64,000 nucleotides of DNA, from assembly GCA_002633005.1 (NCBI GenBank), contig NMRA01000052.1, positions 1,167,235 to 1,231,234 of the forward strand. The letters run 5' to 3'. Source of the DNA: Phoronis australis (Eukaryota; Animalia; Phoronida). A model generated the notes under the pieces. It was not told where the DNA came from. It did not search any database and saw nothing but the letters and a program-made list of their open reading frames with translations. Below, piece by piece: positions 23,260-34,911 of this stretch (position 1 is the stretch's first letter; every line of letters begins with the position of its first letter). The translations under genes and the position numbers were made by a program.

Positions 23260-26200
23260 GTAGGGCTTTCAATTCCTGCCCTCATTCATGCGATTGATTC
23301 CACTCCAAAGTGAAAGGAATTCACCGACTACATTCACACTAATGAGAACATTTTTAAACACCATAACTCAATCTACCACTGTTTGGGTACTTCAAGTTTA
23401 AAAACAAAATATAAAGATATCAACCTGTTCCAGGTAAGAAAAAAAAACAAGTTGACAGGAGTCTTAAAAATAAAATAACGAATAGTTTAGTCGAAAAATG
23501 GCCCCCCGTGCATCCATCGGACTTCAAGTTCTAAATTGAATTTTTATGAAGGAAAATATGTTTTGAGACAAAAAATGATGTTAAGAAGCCGAAAAAATGT
23601 CCCGCGAATGTTTTTATGCAAATTACTGCCGTCATTACTGATTTTGCGTTATTTCGCAATATGTCCCCGACTATTTCATATAATTTAAAGAACTAATTGT
23701 CTAGTCTTGTTTTGTGGGTCAAAAATTACATTAAAACTACAAGTAAGTGATATAAGTTGTCTTATACATGGTACAGGTTCAAAATACTCAACATATGGAA
23801 CAGAAATATTATGTGGGGCATGAAAATGCGCTATCTTATCCAAATTCAGGAATTTGCATAAATGAAAACAAAAACAAAATGTGACATTATGCTTCATGTA
23901 CCGGGTGCAGCCCAACCAAAGATATATTTTAGGTTCAATAAATGAAACAATGATTCTCATCTTTTCAGAAAAGAAACATTGTTACTAAGACAAAGTCACA
24001 TGAAGACACATCAAAACTGCAAATCAGTCTTTGAAGTAAAAACACCTTGAGTACATACGGGCTGTTGACATGTATTCCAATCAGTGCGAATCTAATGCTG
24101 CGGACAGGGAAAATTGGACTGCATTCGAAATTAAACTAGCTATGGAGGCAGATGTAAAAATCATTCCTAAAAGAAAACGCGATTGAAACTTATCTACTGA
24201 AGCGAAAAAACTGTCTCTACCCTTATGCATTCTTCATTTAGAGTCTATAAATGAACATGGCAACTTCACAGCCTTAAGTAATGTCAGAGGAACTTCAGGC
24301 AAAAAAAATCTACGACACCTTCATGAAATTCGGGACAAAAGTCTCCAACAACAATGATTCTCCAAATCGTATGCAGTCCATGTGTGATCAGATTCCTTCT
24401 GTTCTTCCAAGTGAATAGGAGAAAATTCAGAGCTGAAGGATAATGTGATCCTGAGCGAGGAAGAATGTCTGCTGCCCATGAAAATGCATTACTGTTCAAC
24501 AACGATTCTATTAAAGCTCACATCGACCAACAGAATGAATTAGTCATCAATCTCTCCTTTGCGCTTGCTTTACGTAGAGGATCTGAAACGGAATGGGCAT
24601 GGCAATTTTATTTGCCATTATGAAAAACTAGAATCGTTTAGAAACAAACCCATCGCAAAACAAGGTAAACTTTACGAAAATTGACAGAGGTGACACTATA
24701 TCATTCTGGCTGGTTCATAGTTCAAGTATAACCGTTTCGTCTGCTTTGGCACAAACATATTGAATAGGAAGTACAGAAACCCGTCTAGAATTTGCGCTCA
24801 CTCTTTGAGATGACATTCTGAAGGCTTACAATCTGTCGGCAGAACTACCGTGGCTATTAACGGCCGATGATATGGAGCTTGATACTGTGAAACCTTTGCC
24901 CTCAGAACTTGTCCGATTTCCTAGTGTGGTGATGACTGGGGGGGTTGAAGGCGTTAACACAAGTGAAAAATTCAAGCGACTGATTTCCTCTATTGGACGA
25001 GATGTTTGTCATGCCATCACAGACGAAAAGTGGAAATTACCTTCGGTGCATGGCTGCAACATCGTCAAGAGTGCTTGAGGAATCGTGACTCAGGAGGTCA
25101 AGCCTGGTTTTGAAAGCTCCAAAGACAAGACAGTGCCAGTCATTAACAGGTCACAACCGACAACGCAGTCTCCAAGTAGAAGCTCCGCCTTGGAACACCT
25201 TATGGATTTTATTCTGAGACCAGCAAAGCCTCCATTTTGTATCACGTTCTGGAAGACATTGCGTCAGAAATCTTTCATTTTCCTGAGGATGCTGTATTCA
25301 TCCAAGATGGCATGGCACTTTTCAACACGCTAGCTAATCTCCCTCCAAGTTGTGGTGAGATCTGTTTACAAGTACTTGATCAGATGGTGTCTAAGAAGCA
25401 CTTCTTGTTCTTAATTGACTGCTACCAGCCTGTATCCATCAAAACCGTGGAGTGGTTGCCACTTGGCAGTTCAGAGAAGATAATTTTGGGTGAACCAGCC
25501 GCGCACAAGCCGTACCACTTGAAAAGCTTTCTTGCAAACGATGACAACAAAAAGCAACTCTGTCAACTGTTATTGTAAGTCTGGAGTGGTGAAAAGGCAG
25601 TTTCTATGTTGAAAAAAACCGACATATCCTTCGCGACAGTAGACGAAAAACTTGCCCCACGAACTCGTTACATACGATGGCGAGGAAATTCCACAATCTT
25701 TTCTGAACAGAATTTTCTGAGTATTTCGTACTTTTTAATACTTTGTGATGTCATAATGTAAAAATAAAAGATACAGGGTCTGGAAAACATCGGCGACTAC
25801 TGAATCTCTCCGACCTGGCAAAATGCTTGGGTAAAGACTATTGTGAAGCTCTACTCGGGTTTTATGTATACCCTGGAGAAGATTGCACCAGTGCGTTTTA
25901 AAGGTAAAGGAAAGGTTGGCCCTCTTAAAAAGCTAGAAAAGAATCCAAAATTACATTGTGCATTCAGGCAACTGGGCCTTAATTGGGATGTAAGTTTTGA
26001 AGCTTTGAAAGATTTGGAAGAGTACATGTACGTTCAGAATCGTGAGTCACCAATAGATACTACTCGTTCCAAGAAGTTGCACAAAATGATTGGTGAAGAT
26101 GAAATTATCACTTACAAGTCCAAGATTGACTTTGCTTGACTTCCCCCGTGCCTATCTGCACTGAAACCTTACATCCAACGCGTAAATCATCGTGTCCTTT

Positions 26201-26460
26201 TGTACAAGCGCGTTTGTGAACTCATAAGTGAACAGCCAAATCGTTGTGATAAAGGATAAGGGTGGAGCCTGTGTGGTCGTGTGGTCCTATCTTAACAAAC
26301 TCACTGATTGATCTCTTGCTCACTGATGTTTGTGAAGTCGACGGAGAAGAGGAAAGAGACAAGTTGTAAGGCAGGTTTCTTGGAAAGGTATGAATGTGAC
26401 ATGTTGTGATGGAACATATGATTTTAAAAAATAATTGCAGGTGGCCTGATACACGTTGTA

Positions 26461-26663
26461 CCAGACGTGCGCAGGCCTCACATGTGGGTCCATTGCACTG
26501 ATCACCTGGAAATATTTTTATGCTATATTAATATATGGTTAAAACCGAGCTGAGGAGCTAGAAACCTGGCTCAAGGGGTTAGCAGTGTGACCTGGTGGGA
26601 CTTGAACCCACGACCTCGAGTAAAGAAAGCCGGCACTTATCAAACAGGCCACACTGCCTCCTC
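26461..26663 (-). mobile_element. tRNA-derived SINE (copy 1)
   Basis: Reverse complement: GAGGAGGCAGTGTGGCCTGTTTGATAAG (A-box-like)...GGTCGTGGGTTCAAGTCCC (B-box)...CTAGCTCCTCAGCTCGGTTT...CCTGCGCACGTCTG. It aligns end to end with 61426-61632. Confidence 0.85.
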
Positions 26664-26863
26664 ATGGAACATATAAGCAGTGATATCAGAATTTAATGAT
26701 TACCCATGTTTCTGCATTCATTTCCCAGCTAATTTTCCTTGAGACATTTAAAACATTTCTTGAAATCCGGCTCACTAAAAAGCTGATTATATAAACACTG
26801 AAAGTTGCACATTTAGTGTTTTTGGCTTGTGTACACTTTCAGTGTAATATTGACTGTAAGTCT

Positions 26864-29540
26864 CAGAGGCGGATCTACGGGGGGGGTTCAGGGGGTTTAA
26901 ACCCCCCCTTGGGCCAGGACCCAAAATTAAAAAAAAAAACAAAAACGTCGTCACCAAAACAAAAACGACACCACCAGCGTGTGTAAACCCCAAGTAAACC
27001 AACTTGGAAAAAAATGAGGGGGGGTTCACTCTGAAAAAATAAATTTTTGAATTGCAAATTGCTGTTATGAAAATCAACGCATTTTGAGTCTTCGTGGATC
27101 ATCGGCAAAACGCGCGGAGATCAATTGTGGGCGCGCTTCCGTCGACACTTCTGAAGTTGCCAAGCATTTTAGATGGATTCACCGCTGAAAGAGCAGCTCT
27201 ATAGCTGATTTCTTTAGATAACTAGCTTCTTTACTCTAAGATATAATTTGATTTGATTAGGGGAAATACTGTGGTGCCGCAACCCTGATATTCAGGCAAA
27301 TTGACGTGCAACGTTTTTACCTCATCTGTCATTCCATTATACCCTACACGTTTGTAACTCGAATTTGACTGGTGTATAGTAAAGTTGTCTTGCGCAATAC
27401 ATACAGTGTAGCCTACATGTACATGTAGTATTTTTGAAAAGAACTCGTTTTCCGAAGAATTACTATTGTCGCGGGCGCCGTGGTCTGGTCGCGGAACCGT
27501 TTGAAGATGCACTCTAACAAGCTATGTCTATACAAAAAATGACCAAGGGGGCACTCACATTGACAAAGTGACCGCATTCGCGAACAGTGTACAGTACCAG
27601 AAATTGCGGGGAGGCTGTATTTTTACAGCAAAGTCTTGAGGGACTCGTGCGATGTTCAATAGGCCTCCTAAGGAGCTCTAGTTCCGACCTCAATACCTAC
27701 CGTCTTTCTACCTGCAATAAGCACCACTGCTGTCTTCTATACTGGCAATTTCCGCAGAAATTCCCACCCGATGAAACGCCCATGACCATGGGCATTTATT
27801 TGATGTTAGTACTTGGGGTTTCAAGCGTTCAGACATTGGGACGTTTATTCCGAAAATGGCAAGAGATGCAAATAGGTCCTGGGATACATCGACTAGGTTT
27901 GAAGTAGTTCATGATGAACGGATCAAATTTAGTTGCGCATGTAAGTCTTTTGAATGGACTTGGCAACCTCAGGGGGTTTCATAGTGCCAATTGAGCTGCC
28001 AAACGACATTGTAGAGGCTTACAAGCTCATTGACACAGCAGTTGACGAAGTGCAAGCGTTGGGAACAAACATCAAAGATGCCTGGGTAGAATGGTTCCAA
28101 GACGAGCAAACCATTGGATCCCGCGATATACAGATTCCTCGGCAGTCCAGACAACAGCAGAATAGGACTAACGTTCCTGGATACATACCCACGTAATAAG
28201 ATATAATTCTACACAGTTTGTACATAATGTCGGTTTTTATGCTTGTATACAATGAAAACGAAATAGAAATTATTTTTGGTCATGCCAAATTTACCCAATA
28301 CAGCAGAGGGTCTACGAGTGCACAAAAACTGATTCTGGTTTGTATTTCCACTTGGCTCTGTCTGCTTCATATCCAAAATTAATTTCACGTAGTGCGTAGT
28401 TAAATTTGTACTCAATACTTGTTTCTTCCAGTGAGTATTACAGAACGGTGCGAAAACCCTTCCTAGACAACCTCTCGCAGCAGTTGACGACCAAATGTAT
28501 AAAATACACGTACATGTATGAGCAACCACTGGGAATTTAAAAGTGTCTAGAGAGAGGTTTTCAATTCAAAAGTTTTTGCATAGTACGCTTTAGGTCTCGC
28601 GAACTAGTCTGGTGATGTTTTTTTACCAAAGTGTGCTTTGTAAAACTATTCATCTCAGCCAGAACTGTTTGGTCCCGCGACAGATCGACTATTTTTCTAG
28701 GGATAATAAGCACAGGTGTACTTTTGGTCTCGTGATGGACCAGGCGTTTTTGTGTACTCTCAGTGTACATCTGGTCCCTCTGCGAACTGGTCCTGATTAT
28801 CTTTTCACCACGATGTACAGAATGTTTTGGTTTCGTGAAACTGTTTTCATATGATTCGTTTCCAAATACATTTGACGTTTTTCAATTGTTGTCAACGTGA
28901 TTCAGCTTAATAAAGTGATACTTAATTGTTTATTGTCGCTTTTAGTAATATACTATGTGTTGAGAGCACCATCGTTTGCCAGTTTTTCTCATAACGAGAC
29001 AGAACACATGTTTATTTCGAGACTAACAGTACAGGTCTTTGTTCTTAAACAACTTGAGGCTGCTGTTACGCGATCATCTGATATTCAATTTTTTACTCCC
29101 CGTCGGTGCTTCTTATGCTCTTGAATATTTGGTAGTTGGCTAAACCCACACACACACCACACCTTTTCATATACGACTTTTCGCATGCTAAAAAGGTGTG
29201 TATAAGCAGATGTTCCAACAAAAATTTTTGCTGGTGGCGCGACTCATACCCAGATGTGCACAAATATGGTTTCACGAAACTTATGAGCCACGTTCATGCG
29301 ACGAAATCGAGAAGGATTTTAAATTATCTTAAGAAAAACTCAAGAGACATGTTAAGTGCCAGAAACTTACCAGGATGCATGGAAATTTCACTATTTGGCT
29401 ACAAAAACAAAAAATTGTTTTACACGGAGGGGGGGAAACCCCCCCTCCCGACCCCCCCCCCTCTATGCGCCACGCGCCTAGGATTCGACATTTGCGGGAA
29501 TCCTAAACCCCCCCTTACTGAAAACGTAGATCCGCCCCTG
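26864..29540 (+). mobile_element. hAT-like element nested in Academ-1, with a transposase remnant
   Basis: TIRs CAGAGGCGGATCTACG / CGTAGATCCGCCCCTG; flanks TAAGT(ct)| and |TAAGT. ORF 27954-28196 (DIVEAYKLIDTAVDEVQ...WVEWF...IPRQSRQQQNRTNVP) resembles the C-terminal half of THAP12/ZMYM1-type hAT transposases. Confidence 0.7.
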
Positions 29541-30215
29541 TAAGTAACCATGTAATACAAATCAGGTGCAACGGATTATGATGAAAATTATTCCATCGTA
29601 TTGCTTGAACCTCAAAATATCAGTATTGACACTTGATTTATTCAGTTACGGAAAAAGAAAGTAAGATATCATCAAATAACGAAAAATCAGTAATGGCGGC
29701 ACTAATTTGCATAAAAATGCACGTGGGACACTTTTTCGGTTTGTTAACATTTTTTTCAGTTTTCATGCATATTTTTCCTTGCAAAAATGCAACTTAAAAG
29801 TTGAAGTCCGGGGGGTGCACGGGGGGCCATTTCTCGACTCAACTAGAAAACCGGCATGAAACATGTTTAAAACCATAGTTCCTTTCGGAAGTGGCCCTTT
29901 GTGAAGATAAACACGAATTAAATTTTTAGTCATTTTGATATATTTAAAATGTACCAAGCTAAAACTAATCTCCTCAGTTCCGGGCTGTGCCAAAACCAAT
30001 TTGGGTGTAATAACAACCACCATTGTTAAGAAAGTAGTGCTAGCTATTACCTTTCATCTTCATTAGCTCAGATCTACATCAATACAAAGGGCGTGCTGAC
30101 CAGGCAACATAAAAGTTGTCTGGGGCAGAGGGAATCTGAGCGGTGACCAGCGAAAGCGAGAAATTCTCCACATGAACTCTAAGTGCCAGGTAAGTGTTTT
30201 CTAGCATGTTCTTTT

Positions 30216-33200
30216 TGGGCGGTTGGCCAGAGCTCATAGCATTCATTGTTGTGAGTACTTGGGGGGGGGCAACCTAGTTTTTGTATGTGGCTAGATAATA
30301 CACCTATAAATCAAATTCTAAAAAGTTCACACGTCTACACTTGCACTTTTTAAAAAAAAGGGTGTTTTTGTTGCACTTGATGGCGCTTTCCTATTAAACT
30401 GACCAATCAGAGAGTCACATTGTATTGCAACTATTATTGAAATGTCTTGGTCTATGTACACCGACTTCAGAGCGAGCTTAGTAACTTCAATATGGGAGCT
30501 CCAATATAGTGTGATGCCCGTATGTTCAAGCTTTTTAAAACAGCACTAAATTGTGATACCAGAACTTGAAGAAGCTTAGAGAAGCATCCTGACGAAAGCT
30601 GATGGACTGTGGAACTCTGTGTATCAGTGTAGATCGAAAATAAGAAGAGGAGTCACAAACGTTTGTGCAGAAAGCAGCTAGCTGCATGCCCTGTTATACT
30701 GCCAAGAGACCGATCAAAAATTGAAAGGACATTGAAACGCATGGCAACGTTTCAAGACACCAGCAGTAGTACTAAAGCTGAAGCTGCTGAAAGTGATATA
30801 CAGAATGTTACCCAAAATTTCCCAAGAAAATCAGCTAGACTTCCAAAATCTCAAACACCAAATTAATGAACAAAATAGGAGCATTCTGACACACCAGTGC
30901 ATCATTTGTGAGCAAGAAATATATATTATGGACCACAATTCAAGAAAGAGAAAGAAGTAACAACTTTATAGCGTTGGAAAATATGTATGTGTTTTTGAAA
31001 GGTACATCTCGGTATTTTCCAAGTGTGTTCAGTATTATCATCAGTTGTTTTTTAAACTTGTTCAGCCCCTTGGCTGACCAGGCCTTAGACAATACCGCTG
31101 ACCCAGTAGAGACGGTGATCGTACCATAGGTCTTCCACATGCCGGATGCTTTTCGGCAAATTATCCATCACACTGATTAAACCACCAGTCACGTTGCTGT
31201 AAGTTTAGAAGTACCTTTTCCGCGTACAGGGATGTCTTAGGAGGCGTTGTTTTTATTTGTTCCCAGTTTAAACAAATACTCCTGCAATCCTGTTTTTCGA
31301 ATACTCCCTCGTTCAATTGCTCAAATCGACACAGCTTGCGCCAGGGGATAATCATATGGCGTTATACTGTGGGTGTGATTTTAAGCACTTTAAGTCAAGA
31401 GAAGGTTAAATGGAATAGATGGTTGTAATCAACATGCCCAAGTGGCCATCATTCCCCGCCATAATCCCGGGAAAGGGGGAACCTCTTCTCAATTTTTCGT
31501 AAACATTGATTACTTAGGTGGCTGCAATGGTAATCAAATTGAAGAGCCCAAGTGGCTAGTGTCCCCGTCGTAATCTGAGGACAAGGGAAGCCCCTGTCCA
31601 TTTTGTTGATTACCTTAAGTGTAAATCGATTAACTATGGCATGAGCATCTGATTAAAAAAATTAAATTTCTAACACTGCACTGGTATATCAGCTGACTTA
31701 TTTTCAGTTGCATCAACTAATCTAATTGTTAGACGGTGAACATTTTTAGGCGACAGATCAGATGGTATGTAAATTTGTTAGGTTCGTGGTGGATCAGTTC
31801 CTGATAAGTCCGTCTGAAAAATTTGCATGCCAACCCAATCGTAGTTAAATGTTAAATTAGGGTTAACGGTTCGTTTTTTTCAGTTGGACTATCGCAAGCA
31901 ACAGCTCAGACCAGAGCCCTGAATATGCAATGAAATTTAAAGATAAAGACCTTGTGGCTTAAGAAGCCAAGTACCTTAGATCATGGTGCTATAAAAACAT
32001 AAAAAGACAAAGATTGTGAAGAGTGACGAATCCACAGTTTTCAGAGATGTTTTTCTACAGTTTTGTTTGGAGTTCATTGAATCAAAGCTTCCAACACATG
32101 GAGATGTTATTTGCCTTTCAAAACTAAAGCAAGACTTTGAAGCTGTTCTTCAAAAAGCTGGTGTGCATGAAGATTTTTGGACAGGAAATCTTAAGAAAGG
32201 ACTGTTGAAGCTACTCACTGTTGGAGTTTGTGCCCAACTAAGAGAGACTAAAGTGAATTGAGGCTAGTGTTCAATAATTCACTTGCTGACACTAATTAAC
32301 GCAGCCCAATATAACATGATTTGAATCAAACATTTGCATAAATCCTGCCTGCCTCCAAACAAGGACTTAGTGTCTGACCATTCATTGCATGCAGGCTAAT
32401 CACCAGTGTGCAGTGCTGTACCTTCTCTAATCGGCCATAGTTGGCTCCTAGGCGGTGGAGCTTTGCAGTTAAAATGTATGGCAATGCCTTCAGCTCCATT
32501 AACAGTACCAAACGTTGCACGCAAGTGCAAAAAGAACATTTGTGAAGGGAAACTGAGTTGGGCTGCAATGCTGGGTCAAACTGTACAGAAATGTGCGGCT
32601 GTGACAACAGTAGTAACATTAGCAACACTGACTGCATAACATTGGATAGTTCTTTGACAAGTTAACCCTAAATAGACCTCCAACTTCTCCAACCCCGTTA
32701 TTTCGTTTTATTTTTGTATTAAAAAGTGAATTTTATTTGTTGATTTAGTCATAGAAAAGTACATACTTTGAACATTTTCATACTGCTTGCTAAACACTGT
32801 CAGAATAATTTATTATCTTCTTCCATACAGTCTGTGAGCACATTCACAGAGATCATTCAACTATACTGTCTTTGTGTAACGTATTTCTAGTGTATTATGC
32901 AAACAAGCTATATTTTACACCATTAGTCAATGGTTCAGTCATTGAGACACAAATTTTGCCCAATCTCAAGTGTTTTGTGTTATTTTTGTTGCCAGACAAT
33001 GCCACAATAGCCTCCTAGTAACATTCAGACTTAGTTCGCATTTCTGCCACTAGGTGTCACCTTACATTTTTAATTTAATTGTTTACAATTAGTCTACAAT
33101 AGCGTAATGTGAGTGTATTGTTGTACAATACAATGACATTGATGGGGCCATGTTACTTGTTTTACAAAAAGATAGCAAAACTGTTGTTTTTACACATATA

Positions 33201-33401
33201 AGTTCTCTAAACTCTTTGGTGATTATTATGTAAATTCAAACTCCAATTTCTCAAAAATGTGCAACTTTATATGTGGGAACTTTTTAGATTTTGAAAACAC
33301 TCTAGTAAATGAATTAAAAAAACACCAAAATAAAATTGCTCCCCTAAAGTACTCACAAAACTTATTTTCTAGAAGCCTTACAAATCCTGGCCCACCGCCT
33401 A
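30216..33401 (+). mobile_element. Second Academ-like DNA transposon, internally deleted
   Basis: TTT|TGGGCGGTTGGCCAG...TTGTGAGTACTT...TCTAAAAAGTTC versus GAACTTTTTAGA...AAGTACTCACAA...CTGGCCCACCGCCTA|TTT (TIR about 150 bp, 3-bp TSD TTT). Coding remnants: QCIICEQ (about 30895), DLVA*EAKY..CYK (about 31950), FCLEFIESKL, LPP...ANHQCAV and a C-terminal Cys-rich finger (GHSW...MPSAP...CKKNIC...CTEMCGCD) at 32345-32640. Confidence 0.8.
31437..31622. repeat. Degenerate direct tandem duplication (about 110-bp period) inside Academ-2
   Basis: CCCAAGTGGC...TCCCCG(C/T)C(A/G)TAATC...AAGGG...TTGATTAC occurs at about 31437 and about 31547. Confidence 0.6.
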
Positions 33402-33951
33402 TTTATCAGTATAGACCCTATATTCACGCCGACAGGAGGCGCGTTCGAAAACGAGGCTCGCTACAATAGCTCTGGTGGCTTGCGCGTAGTTGTACTCCGC
33501 GTTGCTCGAACAGCTAGAAAAAATACGGACATTCAACTGTCTGTTTTACAATCCCTAAGGACGTTGGGATTCGGAAGCGTTGGGTCCTTGCCATACGCCG
33601 CGACGAAGGAAAATATGTCCGCGTAAAATTTATAACTTTTCGAATCATAATTTGTCGAATCTCGGATGCCGCCATAGCAACGAGGACCGGAGAATCTTCG
33701 GCTAGCTAGGCTGTATTTTCATGACTATGGGTTGAAGCGCGATGCATTTTTCTTTACAAAAAGGACAGGGCCCTCGATCCCTCAGTTTTGGGGCCAAATA
33801 TCGGCTCTATTCCCCTCTCAAAAATATTGAAAATTCACGAGAAATTCCCGGCCCCACGCGGCCTAACAATTCCCTTAGCGATTGAAAATTTCTCTCCAAC
33901 GGTTCAAATCACCTATGACCACAGAGGTGACAATTTGAAAAAGTACAAACT

Positions 33952-34080
33952 CATAGGCGGATTTAGGGGGGGCAGGGCCTCCCCCCATTTGGTGCTATGC
34001 GTATCTACAGTCGTGGGGTGCGCAAATGCTTACAGAAAAGAATGTTGGCCCCCCATTGTGATATCCTAGATCCGCCACTG
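33952..34080. mobile_element. Short hAT-like MITE nested in the ISL2EU-like element
   Basis: AAACT|CATAGGCGGATTTAG ... CTAGATCCGCCACTG|AAACG (5-bp TSD, 4/5 match). Confidence 0.7.
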
Positions 34081-34767
34081 AAACGTGAAGCGAGAGGAAA
34101 TACTGAGTTCGAGCTAGGACCGCGGTAGCGGACGAGGGGGAAAAACACGTTCCGTTTTTTTTTTTTTTTTTAATCCAACGACAGATTTCCTGAGCAAAAG
34201 GTATACAGTCCTCGGCGCCCGCAACTTCCGGGCCGCCTCCGTGCATACAATCGCGCTTTGCCCGCTTCTCCGCCCTCCGGCTCATGGCATAACGTAAAAT
34301 TGTCGTGAGGACTTGACAGGGACCTCAGAGGTCTCACACTTCACTGTTTTATCCACATTATTTTGAAAACGCTTTGCCCAGTCACACATTGTGTGTCATA
34401 AAAGAGATAAGCATACCAGCAGCTGACGCAGCAAGTAGAACTACTCTCTTTTATCATATTTGTGTAGACTCACAGTTGAACTGTGGTTTTCTGTAGACCC
34501 CAGACCGTCCTGAGTTGCACCATATACCAACTCCGGACGGTCTCTCACGACGATTAAGCGGTATCCTAGACCAGACACTGAAAATCCTACTTGAGACAGA
34601 GCTTGCAACAAGGCGGGGTGCTATTGATGGTGATCGGGAGGTCAGCAGATTTTTCATTGACCCGTCACTCGGCGAAACGTTTCCCATCTCAGAAGGCCGC
34701 AGAGGCACCTTTCCCCTAGGATATAAACGAGGCCTCTGAAGAAACATGATAACTCTGCTTGTTCGGC

Positions 34768-34911
34768 CAGGGGGATCCAGGACTTTGAGTTAGGGGGGGC
34801 AAGGCAGAGTATTAGCCAGGATTTTGCCCGTCAGACATTCTCGCTCCTGAACTGCCAAATGGAATCTGGGAGAATTTTAAGGGGGGCATGGCCCTTATAA
34901 ATCCACCATTG
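34768..34911. mobile_element. Short hAT-like MITE (family of 158-280)
   Basis: CAGGGGGATCCAGG ... TAAATCCACCATTG, with internal identity to 158-280. Confidence 0.6.

Larger units (their letters stand above)
23483..29845 (+). mobile_element. Academ (AcademX-like) DNA transposon, decayed, with nested insertions
   Basis: TIRs of about 170 bp: GAA|TAGTTTAGTCGAAAAATGGCCCCCCGTGCA ... TGCACGGGGGGCCATTTCTCGACTCAACTA|GAA, giving a 3-bp TSD (GAA) and TAG..CTA ends. Fragmented coding: SSIGRDVCHAITDEKWKLP, FIQDGMALF, FLANDDNKKQLCQLL, GEDCTSAF/FKGKGKVGPLK (XPG-like H3TH region) and LPPCLSALKPYIQRVNHR. Confidence 0.85.

Noticed and set aside
30940-31355. Minus-strand ORFs inside Academ-2 as a hAT transposase fragment
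   Set aside because: There is only a faint resemblance (SAKGL), with no diagnostic motif or termini.
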